From: Candidatus Amesbacteria bacterium | GTDB taxonomy: Bacteria; Patescibacteriota; Microgenomatia; CAZETR01; Amesbacteraceae | Reading direction: 5' to 3' | Length of the DNA: 64,000 bases | NCBI GenBank assembly: GCA_963736875.1 | Contig: CAVTQH010000002.1 | Span: 5,294 to 69,293 of the forward strand | Shown here: in pieces, positions 19,741-30,268 of the stretch | How positions within the stretch are numbered: position 1 is the first letter of the stretch | Layout: the number at the start of each line of letters is the position of its first letter | The notes under the pieces: model-generated | The model's database searches: none | What the model was told of the DNA's origin: nothing | Seen by the model: only the letters and a program-made list of their open reading frames with translations | Made by a program: the position numbers and the translations under genes

Positions 19741-20838
19741 TTAATCCAGATAATCTTGCAGTTTCTTTCTTCTAGACGGATGTTTCAGTTTTCGTAAGGC
19801 CTTGGCCTCAATCTGCCTGATTCTTTCCCGGGTTACTCCAAACTCTCTTCCCACTTCCTCAAGGGTCATCGGGTTTTTCCCGTCCAGTCCAAACCGCATC
19901 CTTAAAACCCTTGCTTCCCGGTCAGTCAGTGTCGCCAGTACTTCTTCAATATTCTCCTTTAAAAGTTCCCTTGAAGCCGCCTCTATCGGTGACGGTTGTG
20001 ACGTATCCGCAATAAAATCCCCCAGCATCGAATCTTCCTCATCCCCGACCGGTGTCTCCAGGCTCGTAGTGTCCTGGGCAATTTTAAGTATTTCCCGCAC
20101 CCGGTGAGCCGTCATTTCCCCCATGGTCTGGGCGATCTCTTCTGCTGTCGGTTCCCGTCCCAGACTCTGCATCAGCTGTCTTTGCGTCCGGATCAGCTTG
20201 TTTATCGTTTCCACCATATGTACCGGAATCCGGATGGTTCTGGCCTGATCGGCAATTGCCCGGGTGATTGCCTGCCTGATCCACCACGTCGCATATGTTG
20301 AAAATTTATATCCCTTTCTCCAGTCATATTTCTCCACCGCCCGGATGAGTCCCTGGTTTCCTTCCTGTATCAGATCCAGAAGCGACAGGCCCCGCATTAC
20401 ATACTTTTTTGCAATCGACACCACCAGCCTCAGATTACTTTCAGTCAGTTTCTTTTTGGCTCTCCTGTCACCTTTTTCAATTTTTTGGGCTAAACTAATC
20501 TCCTCCTCGGGTTTTAGAAGCGGAATTTTGCCAATCTCCCGCAAATACATCCTTACCGGATCGGTGGTTACCGCTCCTTCCACTTTGGTCAGTGCTTCAA
20601 TCTCCTTCTCCAGCTCAGCTACCGCTTTTTCATCTTCCTCCACCTCCTGCTCTGTAATTGTTTCAAAAACGTCTACTCCTGCCGTCAGCAGTTTTCCGAA
20701 CAACTGATCAAGCTCCTCCAGCCTGTCTTCGGCATCCGGAAATGTTTCCAAAATCTCATCCAGGGTCAGAAAGCCCTGATGTTTGCCCTTGTTTATAAGG
20801 GTTTCTGCCTCAGCTGATAATTTAACTTGTTTCGCCAT
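19741..20838 (-). CDS. rpoD: RNA polymerase primary sigma factor
   Basis: [63 protein letters not shown]. Confidence 0.97.
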   Translation of the reverse strand: MAKQVKLSAEAETLINKGKHQGFLTLDEILETFPDAEDRLEELDQLFGKLLTAGVDVFETITEQEVEEDEKAVAELEKEIEALTKVEGAVTTDPVRMYLREIGKIPLLKPEEEISLAQKIEKGDRRAKKKLTESNLRLVVSIAKKYVMRGLSLLDLIQEGNQGLIRAVEKYDWRKGYKFSTYATWWIRQAITRAIADQARTIRIPVHMVETINKLIRTQRQLMQSLGREPTAEEIAQTMGEMTAHRVREILKIAQDTTSLETPVGDEEDSMLGDFIADTSQPSPIEAASRELLKENIEEVLATLTDREARVLRMRFGLDGKNPMTLEEVGREFGVTRERIRQIEAKALRKLKHPSRRKKLQDYLD

Positions 20839-20944
20839 ATATCAATGTGGCTCTGCCACATAAAAAAGGCCTGTGTCAAGACGGTGTGAGCCTAGCCGGA
20901 CTTACCGAAGCGTCATGCCTCAAATATGGAGCCAATATACCGTA

Positions 20945-22681
20945 TTACTTCTCCTTCGTCAACTCATTCAGCCTCCGGGTCAGCTGTAATAGTTCTTTTT
21001 CCCGGCCTGTATGAGTTCCTTTTGCCAGAAAAGCGGTAATTTTTTCCCTGATGGTAATCTCCTCCAGATCTTTAACGGCTTTTTCCCATTCTTTTTCCGC
21101 TCCCTCCTCGTCAACTTCATCGTCCAAAAGCATCAGTTCCGCCGTTTTTTCTTTCAGTTCCGCGGGCAGGGAAGCTATCAGGTCTTTGGTATTGGACAAT
21201 TTGGTTTCACTGCTTGCAAAGTGCTCCACCACCCGTACCCAAAATCCCGTTCCGAACAACCCCGCCACCGCCGGGCTGATCAACTGCTTTACTTTCTTGT
21301 TTCGCAAAGCCAGTCCCGTCACGTATTCTTCCACCATTTCCCGGCGGGGTAGTTTCTCCGTATCATCTGTTTTTTTGCTTTCAGAAGCCGTGTCCGGACT
21401 CTTTATTTTCCCCATCTGTTCCCTCAGCACATCCAAATCGATTTCCGTTTTCCCCGCCAGCTCCTTTAAATACTCATCCTTTCTTACCGGATCACTGATC
21501 ATGTCCAGAAACTGCAGCACGTCTTTGGCTGCTCTGGTCTTGCCCTCGGCTGAAAACCCGAATTTTTTAACTGCCGTATCAATATAAAAACTGTAAATTG
21601 ATATCACTTTTTGCGCCATCTGTCTCCACTTATCAGGTTCCGTTGTCGCTACATCCGCCACATCTTTTATCCCTTCTCCCGCCTCCGACCAGTCAATTGT
21701 CTCTACAAATAAACCGGCTTTCTCGGCAATTTCAATTCCCCTTCTGGCTGCCGATCCTCCCGCCAGATCCGCATCCATCCCCAAGACCACCCTGTCTCCC
21801 AGCCGTCTCAAAAGCTCCACCTGCTTTCCTGTCAAAGCCGATCCCTTAACCGCCACCACGTTCGGCACACCCGCCTGCCAGGAGGCTATGGCATCCAGCT
21901 CCCCCTCCACCACCACCGCCCATCCCAGTTTTTTAATCTCGGCTTTATTAATATCCAATCCGTACAGCAGGTCTCCCTTATGATATATTTCCGTCTCCGG
22001 CGTGTTTACATACTTGCCGGTTTGTTCATCCCCTCCCGGCATCACTCTGCCGGCAAATCCGACAGTCTGCCCCCGGTGATTGTTCAAAGGAAACATTACC
22101 CGGTTTCGAAACCTGTCATATCCTCCTTTCGGGCTGGGTACTACCAGTCCCGCCCTCTCCAGATCCTGAATTTGATAGTTTTTCTTCCCCGACAGGTACT
22201 TGATCAGAAAGTCCCACCCCTCGGGCGCAAAACCCAATTTAAACGTCTCCACCGCCTTCTCCTTTATTCCTCTCTTTCTTAAATACTCCAGAGCTTCTTT
22301 TCCCACCCTGTGCCTGGTCAGTAAATAATGGTAATACTCCCCCGCGAAATTATTGATCGTAAATAGCCTCTCCCTCTCCTCCTCCCCCTTGGTCGGAACA
22401 TAACTTTCCAGAGTTACCCCCGCTCTTTTGGCCAGAGTTTTAAGCGCTTCACCAAACTCTACCCCCTCAATCTTTTGTAAAAAAGCGTAGGCATCCCCTC
22501 CCGCTCCGCAGCCGAAACATTTAAATATCTGGAGCTCCGGATTAACCATAAACGAGGGCGTCTTCTCTCCGTGAAACGGGCACAAACCCTTGAAATTTCT
22601 CCCGGCCCTGGTCAGCTTCACATACTCCCCCACCAGCTGCGCCATGTCCACCTTGCTTTTAATCTCTTCAATCTGATCCAT
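20945..22681 (-). CDS. dnaG: DNA primase
   Basis: CPFHGEKTPSF...CFGC zinc finger, DRFRNRVMFP, KYVNTPET, VEGELD Toprim. Start placed at MDQIEEIK (22681). Confidence 0.96.
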   Translation of the reverse strand: MDQIEEIKSKVDMAQLVGEYVKLTRAGRNFKGLCPFHGEKTPSFMVNPELQIFKCFGCGAGGDAYAFLQKIEGVEFGEALKTLAKRAGVTLESYVPTKGEEERERLFTINNFAGEYYHYLLTRHRVGKEALEYLRKRGIKEKAVETFKLGFAPEGWDFLIKYLSGKKNYQIQDLERAGLVVPSPKGGYDRFRNRVMFPLNNHRGQTVGFAGRVMPGGDEQTGKYVNTPETEIYHKGDLLYGLDINKAEIKKLGWAVVVEGELDAIASWQAGVPNVVAVKGSALTGKQVELLRRLGDRVVLGMDADLAGGSAARRGIEIAEKAGLFVETIDWSEAGEGIKDVADVATTEPDKWRQMAQKVISIYSFYIDTAVKKFGFSAEGKTRAAKDVLQFLDMISDPVRKDEYLKELAGKTEIDLDVLREQMGKIKSPDTASESKKTDDTEKLPRREMVEEYVTGLALRNKKVKQLISPAVAGLFGTGFWVRVVEHFASSETKLSNTKDLIASLPAELKEKTAELMLLDDEVDEEGAEKEWEKAVKDLEEITIREKITAFLAKGTHTGREKELLQLTRRLNELTKEK

Positions 22682-22724
22682 TGGCCCGATTATACTTCCT
22701 TCTCCACCAATCGCCCCAAACCCG

Positions 22725-23579
22725 CTACTGTTGGGGAATTTGTAGCAGAGCTGACGTACTCTCCCCACCCACATACGTCGGTAGTTTACCGTCCCATTTC
22801 TCGATCCATAGTTTTCTCAGAAGCGCATCTGAAATTGTTGTTCGTTGCAGTTCCTGCTCCCGGGCTTGTCCCTCTGCCGCGGTTATCCTCTGGGCTTTCT
22901 TAAACTCTTCCTGTGCTGCTTTGTTCTTCTCCACCTCAATCTTTACCAGCTCTACCTGTTTGGCTTTAATCGCCTCCACATAAGATTTATCAAACGCAAT
23001 CTCCCGTACCCCGATCATGTCCAGAATCAATCCGTTAGTCTCGAACACCGGTTTTAATTTATCAAATATCGCCTCCTGCACTTTAAGTGAGCCCTCACCT
23101 GTATACAAGTCCTCTGCGGAATATCCTCTGGGGACATTTCTCACCCACACCCGGGATTCAGTCTTTACAATCTTTTCTACCAGAGCTCCCTCAGGCCCGA
23201 TATTCTGAGCCACCCAGGTAGCCTTGGTCGGATCTACCGAAAACCTGATCGTATACGAAATATCCACCGGCTGCCCGTCCTTGGTATTTGTATCCACCGG
23301 AATATCCCGGTAATCGGCTGTAGACAACACTGATTTATCAGAAGGCGCTGTTTCATAATTTATCTTTTTGGTGTTGTAGTACAAAGTTTTTTCGACCAGC
23401 GGCACGATAAAATTTGCCCCCGGAGAAAGTACTCGTCCTGTCACCTGGCCAAACCTGGTTACTACGGCCACCTCGCCCGCTTCAACCGCCCTAAATCCTA
23501 AAAGCAGTACTACCACCACCACTACTACCACCCCCGCCGACTTGGTAAAAGCAGAAATCAATCTCAAAATATCCTTCAT
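22725..23579 (-). CDS. SPFH/prohibitin/band-7 family protein
   Basis: N-terminal TM; GEVAVVTRFG...PG.NF..P; C-terminal WIEKWDGKLP. Confidence 0.9.
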   Translation of the reverse strand: MKDILRLISAFTKSAGVVVVVVVVLLLGFRAVEAGEVAVVTRFGQVTGRVLSPGANFIVPLVEKTLYYNTKKINYETAPSDKSVLSTADYRDIPVDTNTKDGQPVDISYTIRFSVDPTKATWVAQNIGPEGALVEKIVKTESRVWVRNVPRGYSAEDLYTGEGSLKVQEAIFDKLKPVFETNGLILDMIGVREIAFDKSYVEAIKAKQVELVKIEVEKNKAAQEEFKKAQRITAAEGQAREQELQRTTISDALLRKLWIEKWDGKLPTYVGGESTSALLQIPQQ

Positions 23580-23594
23580 TCCGCCATTACTATA

Positions 23595-25145
23595 TCACAA
23601 TTTGTATACAGCCGATTCAGCATCCTCCCACACCTTTTCCTGACCCTTTAAAGTCTCCAACTCGGTCAGTTTTTCCAAATCCGTCTCCTTCTTGTGCACT
23701 ATCACAAAGTCCACTCCCGTTTCAGACAGTTTCCGGTTCAGTTCGGCACTGGGATAATCCCTCTGTATTTCCGTCAGCAATTTCTCCCTCGCTGGCGGCA
23801 TAAATCCCGCCGCCCCGTTTATCAAATTCTTACGGTGCAAAAGACTAAATACCATTCTGTTCATTTCCCTCCAGTGTTTCGTCCCGTCTGCCCATGTAAA
23901 CACCGGGTATTCCAAGATTACCTCGGCCGGCTGATCCTTAAGCCATGCATAAACCGCCGGGTATTCTTCCGGTCTGGGAAAATCCCCCCTCGGCGTCAAT
24001 CTTCCTCCCCCGGCTATTACCACTAGTAGTACCGCTCCCAAAGCCAAGGACTTTCTCCTGTTGTTGACCCCGAGAGCTATCAGGCCCGATGCCGCCAGGG
24101 CGGCTAGCCAGATATACCGGTGCACACTTCGAAGTACCGATACCCCCGGCACCAGATAATACAAGACGCCGTAAGGCAAGGGTATCCACCATTTATCCAG
24201 AATTTTTAAGGTTGTATCCTGCCACTTTAAAGCCGGTCCCAGTGCCATCACCACCCCGAATACCAGAAGTAACCATAGCCACTTTTCTCTCAACCAACCT
24301 TTTTTTATAATCGCTACCGCCAATAATATATACAATCCCGGACTTAAAAACTTCCCCCATAAATCATTCACACTCATTGCAAAGTGAGCCGCCTCCCGTA
24401 TCGAACCTGCGTACCCGAATTCTTGATACACCGATCCGTATGCATATGCTACCGGGGAAACCAGCAGTCCTACCCCCAAAAGGATCAGCAACAAATGCTT
24501 TTTTTGTTTAAGTAAACCGGCTATATTCGGCCAAAGGATTATTACTCCCGTAAATCCTATCCAGAAAGCCTGGTAAATACTCTCCCAGCACTGTACCGCC
24601 AAAAACAATCCCGCAACATACAATTGCCATATCTTCTTATTTTGACCATACCGCCACATCATCCAGCAAGCCAAAATAAGCCATTGCATAATCCACATAT
24701 GAATATGCACGTCAAAAGACATCCTGATTTGCGACAGGGAAAAAGCCAATGTCCCGACAGCCGCCGCCCGGGGATTTTTAGTCAATTCTTTAAGCCATAA
24801 ATAAAGGACCGTCACTGTCAGAAACTGGGCCACAATCAGGACGGTATTATAAGCAGCCACCGGATTACCGGAAAGCTTCACCGGCAGATAGCCGATTAGT
24901 GCCGAAGGCACTAAAAGCATATGCATTGCCGCCGTCTTTTGGTACGGATAAAAAATGTTTCCTTCAAATATGTGGTTCAACCCCCCGGGAATTTTTTGAA
25001 TCGTCTGATTCATCTGCCAGGTAATAATTCCGTCATCCCCTCCCCACGCCCAGGCAGTCAGTGGCCGTGACAAAACCGGCCAAATACTCCAGGCAGATAC
25101 GGCCAGCACGATCACAAAGGGAATCCAGCCGGACAATTTATTCAT
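23595..25145 (-). CDS. Multi-TM GT-C-like (YfhO-like) glycosyltransferase
   Basis: Many TM helices; NIFYPY, LALGP...LPY..LY..VPG...LR, LINGAAGF. Confidence 0.65.
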   Translation of the reverse strand: MNKLSGWIPFVIVLAVSAWSIWPVLSRPLTAWAWGGDDGIITWQMNQTIQKIPGGLNHIFEGNIFYPYQKTAAMHMLLVPSALIGYLPVKLSGNPVAAYNTVLIVAQFLTVTVLYLWLKELTKNPRAAAVGTLAFSLSQIRMSFDVHIHMWIMQWLILACWMMWRYGQNKKIWQLYVAGLFLAVQCWESIYQAFWIGFTGVIILWPNIAGLLKQKKHLLLILLGVGLLVSPVAYAYGSVYQEFGYAGSIREAAHFAMSVNDLWGKFLSPGLYILLAVAIIKKGWLREKWLWLLLVFGVVMALGPALKWQDTTLKILDKWWIPLPYGVLYYLVPGVSVLRSVHRYIWLAALAASGLIALGVNNRRKSLALGAVLLVVIAGGGRLTPRGDFPRPEEYPAVYAWLKDQPAEVILEYPVFTWADGTKHWREMNRMVFSLLHRKNLINGAAGFMPPAREKLLTEIQRDYPSAELNRKLSETGVDFVIVHKKETDLEKLTELETLKGQEKVWEDAESAVYKL

Positions 25146-26560
25146 ATCTTCACCACTATGCTTTCATCCCGATCGATATTTTTACGCACTCTTATCTGCC
25201 CATTAACTAATAACTCATAATTAAAAAGCTCAATCCCCGGCTGCCGCTTAACCCAGACCTTAAACTCCTCTGGAATGTTCCGCCCGTTTTCCAACTCGAT
25301 TTGGGCAGTCCCTTCTCGCTTGGCCGGCACCACCAGCCAAAAGCCAATTATCTGTAAATCTCCCCTTCTCTCCACCACAAACATATCTTCAGATCTGCTC
25401 TGTCTGGTTGAATTGGGTATCTTAAAATCTTCCTCTGTGGCCGATCTTAAAATCTTTCCGTTTACTCTTACACTTACAATCTTTACGGCCGCTTCCGGTA
25501 CTATCACCCGGACATAATTAATATAATCCCCGCCCCAAAACACCGGCGGTTTGGCTGCCGAAAACTCATTATTGTTTCTCAAAATCAGAGTGATTTTCTC
25601 CTTGTCCGGACTCCCTTTCTCAATTTCCTGCTTTACTTCTCTGTCTATGCAACAGTCGGCTTTATTTGCACCCAGATTACTGTCAACCACATATAAATAA
25701 TCTCCGCTCCCGTCCCAGCCGGTGGTAAGTTTTCCGGTCCATCTCATTCTTTCAAAATCACTCTGAATCTCCTCATCCTTTACCCAGGCCAGAATCTGTT
25801 TATTATTCAACTCGTCAACTGCCAAACCGGCCAGTCTGATTAACTGTCCCGGTTTCGCATTTTTGGTTCTCTCCCACAGCGCAGCTCCCACCGCCCCCAG
25901 AAACTCCCTCTTCTCGGTTTTGTTTCCTTCTACTCTCAGCTCCGCATATCTTTGAGCCAGTGTATATAGATTTTTTGAAGTAACCGTCTCGTTAAAAGTC
26001 ACCATATCTATCGGTCCCACCACCTCCAGCCACCCCTTCAAAAAATCCAGATTAACTGCCATTACTCCGTCCACCTTTTCCTCACCCCCCTGCTCCAAAA
26101 ACCAGGACACTGTTGCTGCGGCTGACGCAAAGTCCGGATCCCAATTCGCATCCCGCAGTTTCCACCAACCCTGCTTAAACGATTCCTGGACCGGATACGG
26201 CGGTTCCACATGACCGGGAAGCTGCCCGTCGGGCTGATATATATCTTTAATCGATATTTCCTTTAAGCCTTTCCGGTCAAAAGATATTTTTGCGAAACTT
26301 CCTGCAAATCCCCCCGTCGCCCTAAGTTCTGTATTGTTTTGTAAAAGCACAATATAAGTTTTGTTAAATATCCGCTCCAGTTTGTCCGTAAGCGGTAAAC
26401 CGTTTGTACACCACCCAAAAGTTTTTGCTGTTATATTGGATGACGAATATTGATTGTTAATCATCCTTCTAGCGGTGTCCAGCACCGAGAAAGAGCACCC
26501 CCCTGCCAATGCCAAACCCATCCCCAGCGCCACGACAAAAAATATTATATATCGTTTCAT
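25142..26560 (-). CDS. DUF4012 domain protein
   Basis: LLQNNTELRATGGF, LRDANWDPDF, VVDSNLGANKAD. Confidence 0.88.
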   Translation of the reverse strand: MKRYIIFFVVALGMGLALAGGCSFSVLDTARRMINNQYSSSNITAKTFGWCTNGLPLTDKLERIFNKTYIVLLQNNTELRATGGFAGSFAKISFDRKGLKEISIKDIYQPDGQLPGHVEPPYPVQESFKQGWWKLRDANWDPDFASAAATVSWFLEQGGEEKVDGVMAVNLDFLKGWLEVVGPIDMVTFNETVTSKNLYTLAQRYAELRVEGNKTEKREFLGAVGAALWERTKNAKPGQLIRLAGLAVDELNNKQILAWVKDEEIQSDFERMRWTGKLTTGWDGSGDYLYVVDSNLGANKADCCIDREVKQEIEKGSPDKEKITLILRNNNEFSAAKPPVFWGGDYINYVRVIVPEAAVKIVSVRVNGKILRSATEEDFKIPNSTRQSRSEDMFVVERRGDLQIIGFWLVVPAKREGTAQIELENGRNIPEEFKVWVKRQPGIELFNYELLVNGQIRVRKNIDRDESIVVKI

Positions 26561-26668
26561 ATACGCTCAACGTATCTTAAATCATACAGGGATAATAATT
26601 CACATATGAACAATGGATATACCCGCCGGTTTTTCATCTTCTCCAACCCGAAAGAAACCCATATATTT

Positions 26669-27790
26669 TCAGTCATATTTTTTCTTACTCATAAAAACAA
26701 CTGCTGCTGCCAAAAATATCATTATCACAAACAGTTTCGGCCGGTAATCCAACTGCGTCAATTCTGCCGCCATACATAAGACCGCCGCCACGGCCATCTT
26801 CTCCTCTCTCCCCTGCCCTCTCATCCACCGCCACCCGGCCAGAAGAAGCGGTAAAAACGCTACAAATGTATACCTCAGACACGACACGATATTCACCGGC
26901 CAGGACGGAAGAAAAAATAAATATATTCCCAGATTTAGAAACCCCAAAACCACCCACCGGTTTCTTACAACCAGAGGCAGCAGTAACAGTAAATTCCATA
27001 TCAAATACTCCGATATAAAAACACTGATCACAAGTCCCGGATATTTCAAAAATACCATCCACGGCTTCCAGATCATCAGGTTAAAATCCGGGTCCCCCTG
27101 CCATAAAAGCATCGTCTCGGGATACACCGGATTCCCGGTCAATATCCAATTTCTTACATACCACCAGCCTCCGATTACCCCGGCCGGAATAATCCAGTAC
27201 AGGTTTCTCTTCCACCCCAAGCTCCGCCAGTCCCTCCAAAATACCAACAGTAATCCTCCGGCAAACAACAGTCCCGAATATTTTGTCCCCGCCATCATCC
27301 CCAGATATACTCCCAGCCATATCCAATCGTCATACTTCTTGGTTTTTTTAGTCAGTTTAAGTACGACTGCCCCCCACCACACCGCCAGCCAGATATCCAC
27401 TGTCTGGTTATTAATCAGCCGGACTACCGTCGGCCACATCGCCGCCGCCACGGCCAAAATTACGGCGGAATTTTTGGGCAATCCGCTTCTTCTTGCCAGC
27501 ATATACGCCACCCCCGTCCACAATACCCATCCCAGTAAGTTATACAGGTTTAAAGGCAATCCCAGCCGCATCATTACCGCCATCAGGGTTTCCCCCATGG
27601 CCGGGTAATAGAATATCGAGGTGACAAACTCCTTTTTATCAAGCCATTTCCCTTCGGCCACTATCCTGGCTATCGGCAGATGATAGGCCAGACTGTCCCC
27701 CTCCGAAGGGGTGGTTGTTACTCCCAGAAACGCAAAATACCCCGCCGTCAGAAGCCAGATTCCCAAAGCAATTTTAGCTAAACTTGTCAT
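26669..27790 (-). CDS. GT-C (ArnT/PMT-like) membrane glycosyltransferase
   Basis: DSLAYHLP, YYP, GTKY, WWYVRNWILTGNPVYP. Confidence 0.7.
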   Translation of the reverse strand: MTSLAKIALGIWLLTAGYFAFLGVTTTPSEGDSLAYHLPIARIVAEGKWLDKKEFVTSIFYYPAMGETLMAVMMRLGLPLNLYNLLGWVLWTGVAYMLARRSGLPKNSAVILAVAAAMWPTVVRLINNQTVDIWLAVWWGAVVLKLTKKTKKYDDWIWLGVYLGMMAGTKYSGLLFAGGLLLVFWRDWRSLGWKRNLYWIIPAGVIGGWWYVRNWILTGNPVYPETMLLWQGDPDFNLMIWKPWMVFLKYPGLVISVFISEYLIWNLLLLLPLVVRNRWVVLGFLNLGIYLFFLPSWPVNIVSCLRYTFVAFLPLLLAGWRWMRGQGREEKMAVAAVLCMAAELTQLDYRPKLFVIMIFLAAAVVFMSKKKYD

Positions 27791-28490
27791 ACCACCAGTA
27801 TTTCCCGATAAGAAATATAGCCCTCAGGCCATCCTTTGCCCTGATCTTTTTCCCCTCGGAAAAACTCCTGGGTTTATAGGTAATGGGAACTTCCCCGAAC
27901 GGCACTTTCTTTACGGATATTTTAGCTACAATTTCCATTTCAATGCCAAATCCGTTTTCTTCCAGATTCATCTCCCTGAGTAAATCTGTTTTAATTAGTT
28001 TATAACAGGTTTCAGGATCCGTAAATTTCACTCCGAAAGCCGTATTTATTATCCGGCACAACGCTCTCGATCCCCAATAATAATGCGGGTAAATATACTG
28101 GCGTTTATCCCCGCTGTCTCTTGATCCGAACACCGCCGGTAAATTGTCTTTTTCGGCCTTTATTAACAATTTTCTGATCTCTGCCGGCTCATACTCCAAA
28201 TCCGCGTCCTGAATAATTACATAGTCCCCCGTCGCCCGGATAAGTCCCGTCTGAATCGCCCTCCCTTTTCCCTGATTTTTTGTATGGAAAATATATTTAA
28301 AATTCCTAAATCCGGTCTTGGACAGTTTTCTCAGACTTTGAGCCGTCCCGTCGGTCGATCCGTCATCTACCACTATTATCTCCTTTTTAGTCTTTCCCAA
28401 ATTTAATTTACCAAGTCTCTTAATCACCTTCTCCACTGTAATAATTTCGTTATACACCGGCACAATAATCGTCAGTTTCTTAACTCTCAT
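27774..28490 (-). CDS. GT2 polyprenol-phosphate glycosyltransferase (DPM1-like)
   Basis: IIVPVYNE, VDDGSTDGT, NQGKG, IQDADLEY, DPETCYK. Confidence 0.92.
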   Translation of the reverse strand: MRVKKLTIIVPVYNEIITVEKVIKRLGKLNLGKTKKEIIVVDDGSTDGTAQSLRKLSKTGFRNFKYIFHTKNQGKGRAIQTGLIRATGDYVIIQDADLEYEPAEIRKLLIKAEKDNLPAVFGSRDSGDKRQYIYPHYYWGSRALCRIINTAFGVKFTDPETCYKLIKTDLLREMNLEENGFGIEMEIVAKISVKKVPFGEVPITYKPRSFSEGKKIRAKDGLRAIFLIGKYWWYDKFS

Positions 28491-28552
28491 CTTCCCCGCA
28501 TTTTAACCGGTCTCACTCCAAAACGTAATCCCGTGCTTAATAGGGTTTTTGC

Positions 28553-28582
28553 GGGCGCCGAACCATTGACGCTGTTAGAACC
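28553..28582 (-). repeat. tRNA-Ser(GGA)-3'-like att site
   Basis: GGCG-CCGAACCATT-GA-CGCTG-TTAGAACC versus tRNA antisense GGCG-GAGAGGGCGG-GA-TTCGAACC (same register plus 5 nt). Confidence 0.6.
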
Positions 28583-28676
28583 TATTTTTCAATTCCTACC
28601 AGGTCACATTCACATTTCTGATTTAAGCCATCAACAGCCAACCTATTGTTTAAGTAAAAAAAATTAAATAAAGGTC

Positions 28677-28931
28677 TTATTTGAGCAGAAGGGGTTTAAT
28701 AATTTCAGAAAAGATTATGGCCATGATCATGAAAATTGAAAACAAATTTAATATAATTGCCATGTAGGGTATATAGATATTGTTTTTAGGCAAAGACCTT
28801 TCACTTACAGGAATTTTTAAAGATTTTATTCCCAAAACAAGACCTGGGACACCAAAAATAAAACCGAACCCTACCCACGAAAACAAGAATGCTAAAACAC
28901 CGAGTATTAAAGCAATTATTCTTTTATTCAT
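28677..28931 (-). CDS. Small AT-rich membrane protein (DUF4190-like), single-gene cassette
   Basis: IALILGVLAF...GVPGLVLGIKSL...AIILN; lies between the tRNA-Ser 3' end and the att-like site. Confidence 0.65.
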   Translation of the reverse strand: MNKRIIALILGVLAFLFSWVGFGFIFGVPGLVLGIKSLKIPVSERSLPKNNIYIPYMAIILNLFSIFMIMAIIFSEIIKPLLLK

Positions 28932-28957
28932 ATACTTCTATACTACAATTCAAGAGA

Positions 28958-29050
<93 letters not shown>

Positions 29051-29077
29051 AGGTCTTTTTAGCTATATAATTTTATC

Positions 29078-30268
29078 ATGTTACGGGAACTTTCCGGCCA
29101 TCGCTTCCTCACCCATCTTGCCTTGTTTTGCATCCTCAATATCTTCTTTTATCTTTTCATTGCTACCCAATATCACCGGATTCCTTTCAATCGGCTCACT
29201 TATACTCTCGGCTACCATCACTTCCTCCCCGATCCCCGGGCTTCCGGTGGTAAATTCAGTCTTCTTTCCGCCATGGCTCAGAGTGACTCCCAGTGGTACT
29301 TTAAAATCGCTTCCCAGGGATATTCTTATTCCCCCCGTCCCCAGACCATCCGGGACAAATCCGTGATGCAAAATCTCACTTTTGCCTACTTTCCCCTCTT
29401 CCCTCTTCTCCTTAAACTCACTGATTTCTTCTTCTCCCGCATCGAACTCTCTGCTTTCGTTCTTACTAATCTTCTCCTTGTCTCCACTTTCTCCAGCTTG
29501 TATCTGGTCATCTCCCGCCTTTATTCTCCCTCTCTGGCCGCCAAAACCACCTGGCTGGTCTTCCTTTTTCCCTTCTCCGTTTACTTCAGAAGCTATTACG
29601 CCGATTGTCTCCAGCTATTACTGATTATCTGGTTTACATATTTCCTCATACAGAAAAAGTTCCTTCCCTCGGCCGTTTTTCTGGGTCTTCTCAACATCAC
29701 TAAAGGTATCACTCTTCCCCTAAATCTTCTTCTCTTTATTCCCTTGGCCGTGCAATTTCTCAGGCACCGTCTCCGCCCGGTTAAAGCGTTTTTGTATATC
29801 CTGATTGCCGCATTCCCGTTAGGTATATGGATAGCGTATAACTTCTTTCAAACAGGTAGTCCCTTCTTTTTCCTTACCGTCCAATCGTCCTGGTTTCACT
29901 TCCATTCCCAGCTTCCTCCCGCGGCTTACAACCTGCTTGTAGTTTTTTCCCTTCCCCGCCTTCCTTTTCACTCCGACCACTACTCACAAATTGATGTCCT
30001 CATCGCAATTACCACTCTCTTTCTCATCATCAGAAGCCGTAAGTTCCTTTTCCCGCCTTTCTGGTGGACCAGCCTGATTATCTGGGCCGTCCCTTTTACC
30101 ACCAGTGATCTTATGTCCTTTGGCCGGTATCAGGCTGTTTCCTTCCCCGTCTTCCTCTACCTCTCTTCCCGCCTGAAATCCTTTCCCCACTTCATCCTTC
30201 TCTTTCTTTTTACTGTTGTTTTTTTCATCACCTCCCTCTTTTATGTAAATTGGTATTGGGTCGGCTAA
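29078..30268 (+). CDS. PIG-V-like mannosyltransferase (GT-C)
   Basis: QSDSQWYFKIASQGY, FAYFPLFP, FLFPFSVYF..YAD, SFGRY. Confidence 0.78.
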   Translation: MLRELSGHRFLTHLALFCILNIFFYLFIATQYHRIPFNRLTYTLGYHHFLPDPRASGGKFSLLSAMAQSDSQWYFKIASQGYSYSPRPQTIRDKSVMQNLTFAYFPLFPLLLKLTDFFFSRIELSAFVLTNLLLVSTFSSLYLVISRLYSPSLAAKTTWLVFLFPFSVYFRSYYADCLQLLLIIWFTYFLIQKKFLPSAVFLGLLNITKGITLPLNLLLFIPLAVQFLRHRLRPVKAFLYILIAAFPLGIWIAYNFFQTGSPFFFLTVQSSWFHFHSQLPPAAYNLLVVFSLPRLPFHSDHYSQIDVLIAITTLFLIIRSRKFLFPPFWWTSLIIWAVPFTTSDLMSFGRYQAVSFPVFLYLSSRLKSFPHFILLFLFTVVFFITSLFYVNWYWVG

